This document shows, piece by piece, positions 33,601 through 38,192 of a stretch of 64,000 nucleotides of DNA. A program made the translations under genes and the position numbers. The notes under the pieces are model-generated. The model was not told where the DNA came from. It made no database searches and saw only the letters and a program-made list of their open reading frames with translations. The DNA comes from Candidatus Obscuribacteraceae bacterium (lineage in GTDB: Bacteria; Cyanobacteriota; Vampirovibrionia; Obscuribacterales; Obscuribacteraceae), in the NCBI GenBank assembly GCA_044226015.1, contig JBGAHS010000008.1:352001-416000 (forward strand), written 5' to 3'. How positions within the stretch are numbered: the first letter of the stretch is position 1; each line of letters begins with the position of its first letter.

Positions 33601-35932
33601 CAATGGCGCCAGCCTCGAAAACTCGCCACTCAACATAATTGACATGCCACCACCAAATCAATCAAGACCTGGCTTAGAAGCTCAGCAAAGTCACAAAGAT
33701 AGATTTGCCGAACTAATGTCAAAACCGGGTCACGAAAAGATCCAGAAAATTAAGGAATTTCTTCATGACCTCAACCAAACCAATCGAGAGTTGGCGACCT
33801 ATTTGCTTCAGGGAGAAGACACTTTTGCAAACCTTAGTCGGCAACTGAAAGAGAAAAGTGCGAACACAGGCAATGAGGAGCAAGCCGAAGCAAACGCACA
33901 ATTAGAAAGTCAGAGAAAACTCTTGCGCACATTTTTAGATCACACACATAGAAATGCCCAGGAGCACCTCGAGAGTTTTTCGAAAAAACTACACACTGAA
34001 TTGCTAAACGAGTTGCAGAAGATAAAGGACCCTGCAACACGAATGAAAGAGCTGGACACGTTCCTTAAAGGACCTGACGGCATAGCGCAGAAACGCAAAG
34101 AACAAGAAGATTACCTGACGAATCTAAGTCAATTGGCTAGTTCTACATCCATGATCGATAGAGACTCCGCAGCGATGATTCGTCAGTTTGCAACAACTCG
34201 CTACCGAATTGCTGACATTGAAAAGCAACTGAATATCTCCATAAAAGCAGCCGGTGGCAACACTGAAATGCGAAGCTGGAGCTCAAATGAGCAAGCTTCG
34301 GCACCTGAACTCTCGGAGTTTTTGCAACGCAACGCTATTCCTTCCCGCGCAGAAGCGCCTCCACTACCGACAAACGGAACCCCAGTCATCAAACCCGACT
34401 CGCAGGGATGGCTCTACAAAGACGAGCACGGAAAAGCGCAATATCTCTCAGACGACAAAACACCGGTTCATGTGACTGAAAACGTCACACTCTACGCCAT
34501 CGCTGGTAAGGCGACGCAATTCTTCGACAGCTCCCGAGGCTTCTTACGAGGGAAAGAAACCGAAGCTCAAGCGCACGGAACATCAGAAGTAGATGTCAGA
34601 GAAGGAGCAAGCATCACCGCCGACGGTGACGCCCGAGTGCATCTTCACGACAATGGGCGAGCAGTTCTCAGCGACAGAAGCGAAGCTGTAATTAGAAATA
34701 CATCAAGCGCGTCAGTGACCCCTGGACTGTTCAAAAGTCCGACCGTCCACGCCTATGACGATAGCAAGGTATTCGTTGCTAACCCCAGCAGTCTCTTCAT
34801 CAAGTCTACTCCCGCTAAGGTTACGCTGAACGACAACGCTTCAGCCATAGTCAGTGGACCGGCAGCTGTCACAGCTAACGGCACCAAAACCTTTGTCAAA
34901 GTAAACAGCGAAGGACATGGCAGCCAATTAAAGTTAAATGGTGCTACCGCAAAAGTGGAGAATGCCACAGTCATCATAAACGGTGATGGAGTTGTCAGAG
35001 TATCGGGAGACAAATCTCGCCTCGTTATAGATGCCGGCGACAAAGCACTAAAGATAATCGTGGAGGCAGGCAGCCCGCAAATAGAAATTAGAAATGGAAA
35101 AAATATCGAAATACAGACCGTAGAGTCCAGCAAGCCTGTCATCAGCAACACAACAGAGAATACGTTTCAACAACGCATCATCACAACTGATGGAAAAGAC
35201 TTAGGAAAGGTAAGTGAAATTCCTGCAGAAGGAAAATTGCTTTCGGATCGCAGCGGTCGTCCAAAGATTGCAGTAAATGCAGCATCGACCATGAAGCAGG
35301 TGATTGACACCATCCGAAAGGTAGACCCAGCACTGGCAGAGGAACTATTAGCAGAGCCTATGATGATAGTTCCAGATATGGGTAACGCAGCAAAAGGAAT
35401 TGTTCGGATAGTCTCAGCAGATGGAAGCGACGGAGGCAAAGTGAAGAGTATGCGCGAACTAATCGCTTCAGATGGAGCAAACTATCCACAACTAGACCTC
35501 GCAAATGCGCAGCATGAACTAGCAGGGCATAGGGCTTTCGACAGGTTTATGGATAAAGCTGTCGAACACAATCCGGTAGAGAAAGCGCAACTCGAAAAAA
35601 TACGCACTGACCTCCATCGGACCAACAACCAGATGCTAGCGAACCCGAATCCGGAAACACATGCTCGATATCTAAACTCGCCACCAGAGCTGGCAGCCGA
35701 TTACATTGCAGCAGCAACAACAGTTGCAAAAATGAAAGAGCAAATCAGCGAGCTGCAAAAAAGCAAACAACCCATACCGGCTGATTTAACTGAAACTTAT
35801 GAAAAGATGCTGGAGTACAAGCAGGCGCTGGATAAGTCCATCCACAAAGTACAACGCGATAACCCTTCAACTAAATTCTTCTTTGAAAAGGCCAGAGAAT
35901 TCTCAAATATTCTAACTGCATCGTGGAAATAA
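12671..35932 (+). CDS. Giant 7753-aa multidomain protein, probable multi-effector polymorphic toxin
   Basis: Uninterrupted 23.3-kb ORF: HEAT-like N-terminus, DUF4214/PBS-linker-like domain (~14890-15190), RHS/YD-like region (~16850-21030), hydrophobic hairpin (~25220-25350), HESAH (27470), PRTase-like (~31480), HCAHGKDRTG (32240), PD-(D/E)xK-like (~33270), HELAGH (35513). Confidence 0.9.
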   Translation: MKDDETKDENKKTDKSEDFDDSPENTRLEDKADIDVTKTQVKDATKSRAATAVPDIDLLGADQTGGLRELLRRQEAAIGKPSEKQKASDAGKPSQEKREDFEKLKEFQQAFLSPLASANERRAALDAMESLLQKKDGTEAAELKKGIETNRRLDQLIGLSSDAASFKTENLIAALQTPTRTDAAILGLAAIANGGNGDKSQALSATAALQQFVGKDETFNTARAKQVIDALLASRTAPYSDKFLGLVLASDLAAKSQHFPDALHQSIQEALSSDTAVGREAGFNAIKRLGGKASDADFKALQENMTPELAKNIMALPPDLLARNDYALISEAVTRLPKAELSKFFTDAATQQTTKLTELAKSELADAGEVKTSKGLQQAAVKGLAEIARGRVQDEDEATRAYNALKKLAESPEAKHAVIEAIAKTQPARNSDYWTIPLLGKTIASLKDGYESVGEGLPENEKLALKKAVRDAIETSLKSHAAADNRWAGRSLSWLAKTMDEELLNVFKDNLSFESINELSPHVKAMKPELQALLRQDLVSRASTDSGADRKSRETAITALVSFFGKDALDGTGLEVSTEKQKENKSEIAELIKVADTSTGTNYVFALPLVKGGSTHPLPLSIDRGEPSDPALPKLTEFKWEQGREKPQGNAYTGAEKSFLTDTLKEVSEKFSKDQRGNETTLVREANKYKVNEEASLKASTQNGAAITDATRASFNESKDTLTKSSDFVERQSNEKLIREDVDRAYQQLLGRKPDYPGANWALDLFNSGKSYRDALRGIASAAEFKNAIPQDKDKVMPFLYSKLLLRSFGSGDNKAMYEQLIAKEGIDGAINFILSSAEFNEMAASRGKNKAPELKDALPPETNEKCNAAARTIEDLQNQLRANPENKLLQDALIALGGLDKAGAPEQTGGPAKAGSSKANEERQKLIAASLEAINRVPDGLLSQLKAQDPAMRFRAMEKIDLALNSSNDSVLQQALSESRARMSTFALTEKSTPENYARAKENIQRDFEKALAAGDNVLANELKDRYNWTNAAGIISELNGIKTSDQQKAAIQTAAGVEALMDQASKGNPYAQAAVAMILNTGDAAAQKRSHDLLAQEKSLTLAVPDISKLPEQAQLLVRNQALASLVQKTAMTNGTISKAEASALTDALLNAEKRKDNQAAKLLSSALDLALSSKKMSIPRPGQEPLIVDGKKAASEAINDAINRGADSETLVNKYLSLLASDKQAALLSKEDFNALVRNASEGKPAAMKVLATIATTDGELAKDAQAKMIELAAGEKTREIALLATLDAKDPLTLHRNGAAELFKQLLGKAELPPRVEQAILSKLNSTDDSEKAAGRNAMLASADRWMKGDSGENALLKAAASNMNAELIELLKDKKDLMQNPAFLNKLGLSIDTANGVTTLKHAASNTEYKIKDFNGKLRLFEQNTYGADQKLSHARNNLFDEKTGEFKGAEEIDSTGNKAIFNKDKLLTEVRRSSPEGEFVKISRTNDGKATAVFDNYGRGWDSKDGGRTWARRGSNEKAYGAPEFQAGGVIKFSGAGPEGKVETLDKPSGIVWKYDEARKESTVSYPDKSYETKNESGKTVKSRDANGNEREFFWSEDSKKLLGVKDETGLWQASPDGTHWQNLNAPDQPTQIGTRTVDTAGYHIRNSGASEKIFRRDGSVLEIKSEKEQSIHDRHANKIDLKFEGKELREVNENGNVWRRKEGAPEDKSLYLIVDGKPTETKAKFELSDDRSKLKRIIETATEAKDGAVKGFFKETEYRSDGTMLARDEQGRVRRSRNRDGELSNIEYLDKTNVVARIGTSFPDGHEEITALRNPSKPEEEYIKTFWQRKSPGSDELVREDVTKENWNISALSVDHATGSIKASEVTVISSNESGERRRRSHALVVSSLDNGSIAFQRHDAGLLISDRYNGNQTRSSYKWAAEGSLSSTSTIRGRDASCTYDAAGNLTRVEGLSNNQSFEIKRGENGSIEIAESNGTRWQSADGKTFTNPATQQTFSGEFFASTDGKYGFKIPGSSESTIIRDVARRETIFSPPERFQIQRLVKDVTSVALTDNNAIIQRDANGRTLALVNPDGKIVRATRDASGNVQELSITDPRSNQAMTWKKDGARLLLTRGAETEDLGNSKLELSDRGEIVQISDKNKIEYVRKTDGTEIRRLQGSSEFDGKQNFRYVVDRPDGSIAEYHYRVHAEGAAENLEVVKTGTRNIDSSLNAETVMRKMPNSNPQEPTWYYSDSAEIRSGAMKMGQTWKGSQNFDPTNGEFSTIGAKPGEKAARIRETADGWRQEAESPVLSKRGMGGEIVYKSSTGEVNKIADRNGRNIDIKHTDGQISELSITEKGGKEASEKFSSADGKTWSRKFRDAASGEWKEEKFSGHASVDSEGVIRIRKAGADFITLRPEGQRITHDKAAGITLVEKTNGERERVGFGPNNKVNRIYNSDNSYTATDDGVNWRSYDATGKLKTDSAKQQIVEFDEKTGTITTQAKDGSRVEMKGGDGSLRIYSAVGPKEQSLVLTYDKNARADVTEVRYEQGKKIETVVSYANKTVQKFNGDDLLSYMKDIRGKETSISWEGTPPRSTIKSFTDESGLNFERHSAGFYLAKNRHGFVVDRYDGTVFVNSEGKLERIFGTSSNIVGQDRGVTAANVREIRGLDGNVLNLVGNKGVTVRNSEGLLQRSIDGTGFVRQFEFGDKDRWGQPSLDKVIIGEGNGEYSISRQYWYWEDAAKSKMAPKWLRSDGKALYDHDSKAHQNWRVDHTTGDMFCYRNDFVTEHFNLESGKWTTGDESSVRAKADEIKTIADRYSIQYFFDPNGRYRELNDQLKDLSADQIQAVKDYLMSKALNINEYVNHKYSRGSVENTVLNGHLRRIGHTRDAHNVELAELALKQALAEKTQRGYRTNLEVEKDLRDKISPLNQRQIAMLNDGYAKEHDGKTVLEDMKVDPSWKRSSALHKEAMESYLTKGKGNRTVEEELKLAKMAAEYLPASFPKELQDKNLDSVREALIEQQNSRRGRKSIAAVDAYVDMLRQDRLALVQEFLGEGRVDDNVRQAFAENKELGKAYLENNLLLSSQRKADGNYEFKNGIFVSRNDAGRVMALAMDAVNLGKVSEATQMELGNWATGNSKADIDRIFHGMSDSDRKRIQLGMDIRMALDAPGKNEKHSDSQIAAGKVISEKLQSGALLPHNLTPRDKQELAHFRRAEAKKLLEDPEKGFQARAALASYDQLYKTAGRQSMWGDERNERFRKEYLQAAAGADFSHEMGEKNISMMWWNSSKDEHMKSVENMDERSFSLLTSNTNLRELMFSHMRKNFDYDRGIDARKLLEAKFQFVEDLMEGKEKLRLGTAFGEEQRARLKELLPGTRSMSDSAFQDLMSQRALSKDIEAGRKLREQIERGKQYESMMSFAEQLTKDIAEGKRIEKQLNSRDTDILALYRRSKKTEPELTAPEKQAEAFARADLQKYRDSISNQQGESKLSETEKKSIAAFDKFQSLLKIEEKVKDGLRIQKNIEEGRLLAGSLEKNASSFKDKLTDEQKAQIDLFERSTGKAPGLSAGEKENLALSRAWQQKQADPLLASFKRGNEITDTLAQKNPESRAEYRKALSPEDRAALSLYQDMNAAKELNKEIEAGRKLSHSILDGSLENATPNTEQTRQLQVYRAYMSGKLPEADKLALEKLQAIDKAGDAKPGDTALSKESADALEKNLAGMQQLHSLQQYNEDKSGLKLYLDGLDVARQLNGMLVAKQVEAMKALETDPARAHEKAALEYFRKTTFEIARDNIRRDISEVISDVDHTFSKDYKALFDAVVGMKPDERKRYAGDEDYRKQIDDAVSNLLKSYPDALAATKHLLLQIKDDPTKAPQKDLVFDLLAKAQDGKRSAAEAAFAIQEAFNVPAGKELKRKLDANSPDYDERYAKAFDAAWKRHLPLSAHRPDAPARDRGPITSFNDFKTRVLDDLNANGHLKISTIRDLRGGAVISPEELGKQILTLNERSRENFASTEKENLGSVFYGEQKEFIEKILATRGELGIEDKLKAIHVGILPKEDLIKTINEIKAMDERRQVANNYATKYNADLISQMKSVAASADQGRIEIALRFRDMTALEQLYKAQDHSNRVTRTGWDTQGWNSTKYQLDNRMGELTKLIGGDNANFRETEQSKIDESLDAVWEAQRGISETQKEMANVAREIMIAAAATVLTIASGGTMSWAAIALFTLAAAAGSAALTKLAMGDNVTTDDMKEAAKDGAKSAFIQSLGPGHLQKLTGFGATAAKTAANQLLKEAAFKGLSEAEKKIVQQEIEKTVVKMLRQGAQSASMKGIDQQINHAVMELLQKSPITGKIMEGLGQEGAQLLGKTFEKSAHEAIMKLGSRYVENEMQSTLQRVWNAAAREGYSATLSHGAATASSLVVETADMMWHGKITVGNILDGSAFSDKEISSQYAKSIFHANLAAGAGHWAGRASHHLVNPESIANRLALTQKLDPTTMRMMSSGFLSERSARLIGNVTHFTASGAFMVGGMSGSNLIAGGVENLLYGKVVSPTENMSSLIQYSIAPFITGVHGTYAAAGRANIGRASYNLNHEATVKPSAEPIRGSQAGETKIVKYQSPTLENARFEKPVVIEDGKGSISSGTVELRTTHDASNATSEPAAKLLADVPAGQTLKIVVSDPAALKNFEIASSSKGKVELYIAQDHPGLRDLLSEHVHRIAEGQVELKTLGLNGESKAIISQEMARSLIAQVESVDGLSPLWRPERHLNGSELAALSAQLGDNAGKLSDAAVAQKYLEQVGRTISDAREPLRQTAEEFKAIRDNFETTKASLEAELAKEGLRLPQEKDFDASSLHEWSRKDASGKRNEIVSKFLAERETHAEALKALNQKIDASLKTIEDAINKFNSREGIPPVSLKRYGDLHVADASYRDGVIKVKTEDLINNPGKLLINTYHESAHVAQDAEALKSIQHTLAAAQKFGVKPEEVTAEQKLKVSADELSKVSAERVAERYAELSKHSHDKSFEKQWMSFVAKSLELPALGKEQLSRADNLIKSFAEIGAYKGQSEHEIRQDYNAIKSAKQHINSESGVGAQELLLLMKKAAAGDATAMQLARRIFGSDAEHLVAGKKEAAVAPTDAARAEAQKERFDAIRDLYELALNLDPNNPSPITEAKAKALFEKLMENRVAQLNEQLMDAYNQYMRMHEADALAAENYLRRVAGDGLERLNKSAAIELPTDALGDVHSSAGQMPSIKNNNPTAATLNNLRPVENLLAPVDRLITEKATHSNREPLKKVMRDLLRHVPAEQLESYANKFAEAAKVEGFITRLAHIKEITDKFQQGKADIAAVPLDLLLDKNITLQTLAAFKNSLKPGGISEAAREAFVDPILRANKPQEVADRVSTAAKYDLAVAQKKLFAFQFGEIAALDPTCRKHIVDSLIERQLNSSTNMEGFRRAVDDAVETAKIYKSLFEIKALDPKVLSTPGRDGLDHLVKDLGQKLLEGEIDKTTFSKAVTERLNLISSFLQSTKNGANLLAEARSRNPQLTNAIFEPLMKSPLSEKALQNAIETVSKYEKLKNTEPTLASALLAIKPSVRAQLIDPFVGSTHHKNYVVELQRTISESNDGGIALATAFKNLFKQSPKVAEELHNDLRAERITGEQFSLLAQCPEETRTALQSLFKKHLAANLAGEENLFRLITAVHAIKDSTPTKQAKAIESFAREMAVQSESPSKQSWEKIAELAASDSPNRDMLVKSMILNKRDLIQWLNSLEYSKIGSIKGPELISRLLDCGSSPELKNLGAGQQSRFTNKLSNILAETGLPTEAGLREAQIEKYAALFRALPTQDIAQANYGLAKLLDKMNANDFARASDSTVADLMRLFENKAENMLEEDRGATIKKLIDSLQTTQEGKKHELIAATVAKLTTEADIREMQAETRAQFRQAAIEYLDKLESKSRADNEARTAQRIEVLIDKLFPAAIDRSTADRIFGGLTESQRKILLEHREEFLSQSGMRKVFDQVAVEIEKAIRIGQADGWAGFTHKKMVQRITAVATTEEGRALAYEFRKSTGIEVVLKTPQQLEPGEKAVLFENNLKMKQEDRTILARNKQVLQPSKIQEFGQGLNMFDMAVSKSNPSHLQERIRTILALPDLAFSTSGKISDAEFAAINRPVEDAREIGMTRALAHFSKQSDAARELSYAVNEMNIVSNTDFAQAMRSVHKQLFGQAHNPGSELAQGIIFVDLSRNKAGSSGTADSSHLAMHMYRLANGLSDSKYDSHFVSKEQAKAIIARAGSTQSLKVIAINDCIGSGGETSTIVGDLASMRAQNSKVEIKIGLAIASKEGTSKVTIGKPAEGEKGRTITENDKIQIVSGIPPLSDFLTNVQRALPAGGNKFVASLQDMAYKKGAVEPTGFSFEYMFPNTTSRRMAEVLDAVGIRGAASATRIQTFPDTVGPPFSQKESIKGLSNFAKVDEKVFRGGQVRDEAGMQALKDSGVKIIIDMTQQGIDIERQLAEQYGMEYRHMPVDSNANDPKQIKEVLRAIEGASGKVFVHCAHGKDRTGAVIGLYRQLHNEGWSAEHALHEMHNFGWRGEKPANVRFGEFLSRPQDFDIRQSNAGSSGGEMRSWNSSERASSPELSEFLQRNAMAKDLTAKGCNCSQALSQAQIELEKRSFSDLRAKQALHAIQYLQQATTERPRVEYLSRLILAQAMYPERDLQLANAIKLDAKALQQQFRELVRSEYQTLPQTNNQNEWSDSRISAISKRSKILSLLGGSEDPNLRSSYLKVRAEQDADLRAAFREKEKLERKLDTEELSEAEDNLRRKLGPVVRQELKRAAAELEDSAPNLDTTVPINLRSGGDLTQGLIFKKLQEVLEKRPRAFQEQYVLIPQLAKTAIDDIGGDFILLDKRTGKYIPVDASQKDKSDIGLPAIRSENVISAPPIKWQGNLNEMYNPSFPAEHLREPLREYRRRNSDKWDNSDDWQKRDILRTLHIQVQFERILDGQQRNGASLENSPLNIIDMPPPNQSRPGLEAQQSHKDRFAELMSKPGHEKIQKIKEFLHDLNQTNRELATYLLQGEDTFANLSRQLKEKSANTGNEEQAEANAQLESQRKLLRTFLDHTHRNAQEHLESFSKKLHTELLNELQKIKDPATRMKELDTFLKGPDGIAQKRKEQEDYLTNLSQLASSTSMIDRDSAAMIRQFATTRYRIADIEKQLNISIKAAGGNTEMRSWSSNEQASAPELSEFLQRNAIPSRAEAPPLPTNGTPVIKPDSQGWLYKDEHGKAQYLSDDKTPVHVTENVTLYAIAGKATQFFDSSRGFLRGKETEAQAHGTSEVDVREGASITADGDARVHLHDNGRAVLSDRSEAVIRNTSSASVTPGLFKSPTVHAYDDSKVFVANPSSLFIKSTPAKVTLNDNASAIVSGPAAVTANGTKTFVKVNSEGHGSQLKLNGATAKVENATVIINGDGVVRVSGDKSRLVIDAGDKALKIIVEAGSPQIEIRNGKNIEIQTVESSKPVISNTTENTFQQRIITTDGKDLGKVSEIPAEGKLLSDRSGRPKIAVNAASTMKQVIDTIRKVDPALAEELLAEPMMIVPDMGNAAKGIVRIVSADGSDGGKVKSMRELIASDGANYPQLDLANAQHELAGHRAFDRFMDKAVEHNPVEKAQLEKIRTDLHRTNNQMLANPNPETHARYLNSPPELAADYIAAATTVAKMKEQISELQKSKQPIPADLTETYEKMLEYKQALDKSIHKVQRDNPSTKFFFEKAREFSNILTASWK

Positions 35933-35965
35933 AATTGCGCCGAACAAGTACGAGGCAACTAAAAA

Positions 35966-36892
35966 TTAGTTGCCGTAGCGTTTAGCTTCGATTACGGACT
36001 GAACTTTGTTCGGCACTTTGGAGAGGAAATTGTAGCCAGTGTGCTTCTCAATTTCATCGACAGTAGTGACATATTTGCGCCAATCGTCGCGCATCATGCC
36101 TGTTTCGTTTGGAATTTCAATTGCTATCACTTCAGTCTTTTCATTTACATCAGCAAGACCCATGCCTTTTTCAGGCAACACAACGACAACCTTGAACCAT
36201 GACTCTGGAACATTGACGCCATCACCAATGGTGCCCTTGCTTCCGCGGCTACCGGCAACAATGTACAATTCTTTGCCTTCTTTAGCCAGGTCGCGACTGT
36301 AGCTTTCCAACTTTTCCCACGGACCGCGGTTGTTGTCACCAGTCTGCGGTGCAATGTTGCTCATCAAAAATGTCGCTTCATTGTCGGTTTTAGATCTGGT
36401 GCGATCGCCTGATGGAACATTGTGCCCTCTGTCATAACCGGTGCCTTTGTAGTCGCCAGGTTGGGCACGGTCAAAACCTGCAGGCAGCGAATCATCCGCT
36501 GTAAATTGTCCAGCACGACCAGAACTGCCAATCCAATCTGAGTCTAACTGCCATGACGCCCAGTTAGGCGTTTTGTGGTCCTTATTATAGGACAGCACAT
36601 ATTGGTCTTTTAGAACTAGATAATTATTCGCGTGGCTCTGGTCTGCTCTGGCATCACTCGGATTGCCCAAAGCGAGATTAGGATTTTTCGAGCCGTCATC
36701 AGCTGTTCTGGCGCCACTATTGAAGAACGAAACATCGGGAAGTATCGATTTCACGATCGACGAATTGGCGAAGTCAGAGGCTTTCTCTTTCATCAAATCA
36801 AGAAACGAACTGGACAAGGACGGTGCCGCAGACTTGTCACCAACGCTATCTAGATTTTTGTTCGACTCAGAAACCAGCTCTAAATTGCCCAT
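35966..36892 (-). CDS. nucA: DNA/RNA non-specific endonuclease, NucA family
   Basis: LGNPS..NNYL..QYVLSYN..PNWASWQL, GYDRGH, TFLMSNIAPQ..NNRGPWEKLE; no Sec signal peptide. Confidence 0.92.
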   Translation of the reverse strand: MGNLELVSESNKNLDSVGDKSAAPSLSSSFLDLMKEKASDFANSSIVKSILPDVSFFNSGARTADDGSKNPNLALGNPSDARADQSHANNYLVLKDQYVLSYNKDHKTPNWASWQLDSDWIGSSGRAGQFTADDSLPAGFDRAQPGDYKGTGYDRGHNVPSGDRTRSKTDNEATFLMSNIAPQTGDNNRGPWEKLESYSRDLAKEGKELYIVAGSRGSKGTIGDGVNVPESWFKVVVVLPEKGMGLADVNEKTEVIAIEIPNETGMMRDDWRKYVTTVDEIEKHTGYNFLSKVPNKVQSVIEAKRYGN

Positions 36893-37083
36893 GATTTTAC
36901 GCCTCAGTTAAAAATGACTCGGTGGAGCGTCCGAACGTTGACTACAATCAAGCTATAAGACACCGCTTGATTGATGGGGGACTCAGACAATCGTTCAACT
37001 ATTGCATCTATACATCGGGCTTATGTTTTTGGTCACGCAAAACTGATAATGAGATTTTTCTTCTCTTACCAAATCAAGTTCCA

Positions 37084-37542
37084 CTATGACTGCGGCTTTT
37101 TGCTCCTCGGAGCAGCACGCTTTACCGACTTTTTTGGCTTTTGAGAGCGCGCCAAATTCAGCTCCACGGCTTCGCTCGAACTTCCATCTTTGGCTTTCTT
37201 CGCTCCGTTTTTTTTCCAAGACAACCGAATGCGCTTCGGCAGCCGCTCTTCTTCTAATTGGCGTCCCAATAAATCTTCATTTGCGTCAGCGAGATTACTC
37301 ACGCGATCAAGCAATCCAAGAATGAACAACACAGTTATGTAGGTTCCGACAGCAACGGTAGGATCTCCATTCTCTACGTTATACAAAGTAGTTCTGCTAA
37401 TCGACGCTCGGGCTGCGAGCAGTTCTGTTGGTATCCTTCGACGCAGCCTTGCGTCTCTGATATCTTGCCCAAGCTTACGCAAAGCTCTCAAAACGGGGGC
37501 TGGTGTTTTAGAAATCGGTACACGTGCGTTCATAGCGTCCAT
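37084..37542 (-). CDS. XRE-family helix-turn-helix protein (HipB-like), orphan
   Basis: LRKLGQDIRDARLRRRIP..LAARASISRTTLYNVENGDPTVAVGTY..VLFILGL..LPKRIR. Confidence 0.85.
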   Translation of the reverse strand: MDAMNARVPISKTPAPVLRALRKLGQDIRDARLRRRIPTELLAARASISRTTLYNVENGDPTVAVGTYITVLFILGLLDRVSNLADANEDLLGRQLEEERLPKRIRLSWKKNGAKKAKDGSSSEAVELNLARSQKPKKSVKRAAPRSKKPQS

Positions 37543-37749
37543 AATAGCTAACGATAATGAATTTAATGTCTAATTTACTGAACATTATAACATAGAATTC
37601 AGGTTTCAACTGCTTGCTTATTGTTCATTATTGTGAACCATAAAGAATTTAGAGTTTACTATAGCAAACACTAATAAAGCAGATCTTCAAAGTGCCAAAC
37701 AACTTGCATTCACTGCGCATCCATTTCGAAACTCCTGCAAATGCGGACC

Positions 37750-37793
37750 GCTTGCATTACGCTGACGGCTTGCATTACGCTGACGGCTTGCAA
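37750..37793. repeat. 18-bp tandem repeat (2.5 copies), with further GCTTGCAT copies nearby
   Basis: GCTTGCATTACGCTGACG x2 followed by GCTTGCAA. Confidence 0.8.
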
Positions 37794-37963
37794 TATGGGA
37801 GTGCTTGCATTACAGACTACCAAAACCAGTCGCTTGCATACCGAGCAAGAATTTAGCTCGATAACAACAAAGTAGCCTCACAAAACAAATTGTATTGCGC
37901 GTATTTTCAAATCGACCATTCCTCGATATACTAAAAAAATCAATGACTCAGGAAAGCCATATC

Positions 37964-38038
37964 ATGGTGTTTAGCAATCAGCCAAATAGCCAACAGAACA
38001 AGGGGCATAACTCCTTGTCAGTTCTCGCGGGTGATTGA
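37964..38038 (+). promoter_or_regulatory. Putative leader peptide (24 aa) of an attenuator
   Basis: AGGAAAG RBS; MVFSNQPNSQQNKGHNSLSVLAGD*; TATACT -10 box at 37927; its 3' end CGCGGGT can pair with the terminator 5' arm GCCCGTG. Confidence 0.45.
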
Positions 38039-38064
38039 GAGTAGATTGAATCTCATTCTTACTG

Positions 38065-38101
38065 AAAGCCCGTGGATCGCAAGACTCACGGGCTTTTAGT
38101 T
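38065..38101 (+). terminator. Intrinsic terminator in the 5' leader of the RNA ligase gene
   Basis: AAAGCCCGTG-gatcgcaagact-CACGGGCTTT followed by TAGTT. Confidence 0.75.
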
Positions 38102-38192
38102 CAAGCACCCGGTATAGCATCACGCGTCATTGATAAAACAAACCCAACGGCTAGCCGCTGGACAATAAGCACAAACACAAAGGAGTCGAATC

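Noticed and set aside
12819..35729. Dozens of short minus-strand ORFs inside the giant gene
   Set aside because: Ser/Leu/Phe-rich antisense shadows expected from the codon bias of the plus-strand gene
12671..35932. Classical MARTX/RTX toxin, NRPS/PKS or canonical Rhs protein
   Set aside because: I found no GGxGxDxxx repeats, CPD domain, A/C/KS motifs or PxxxxDPxG core terminus
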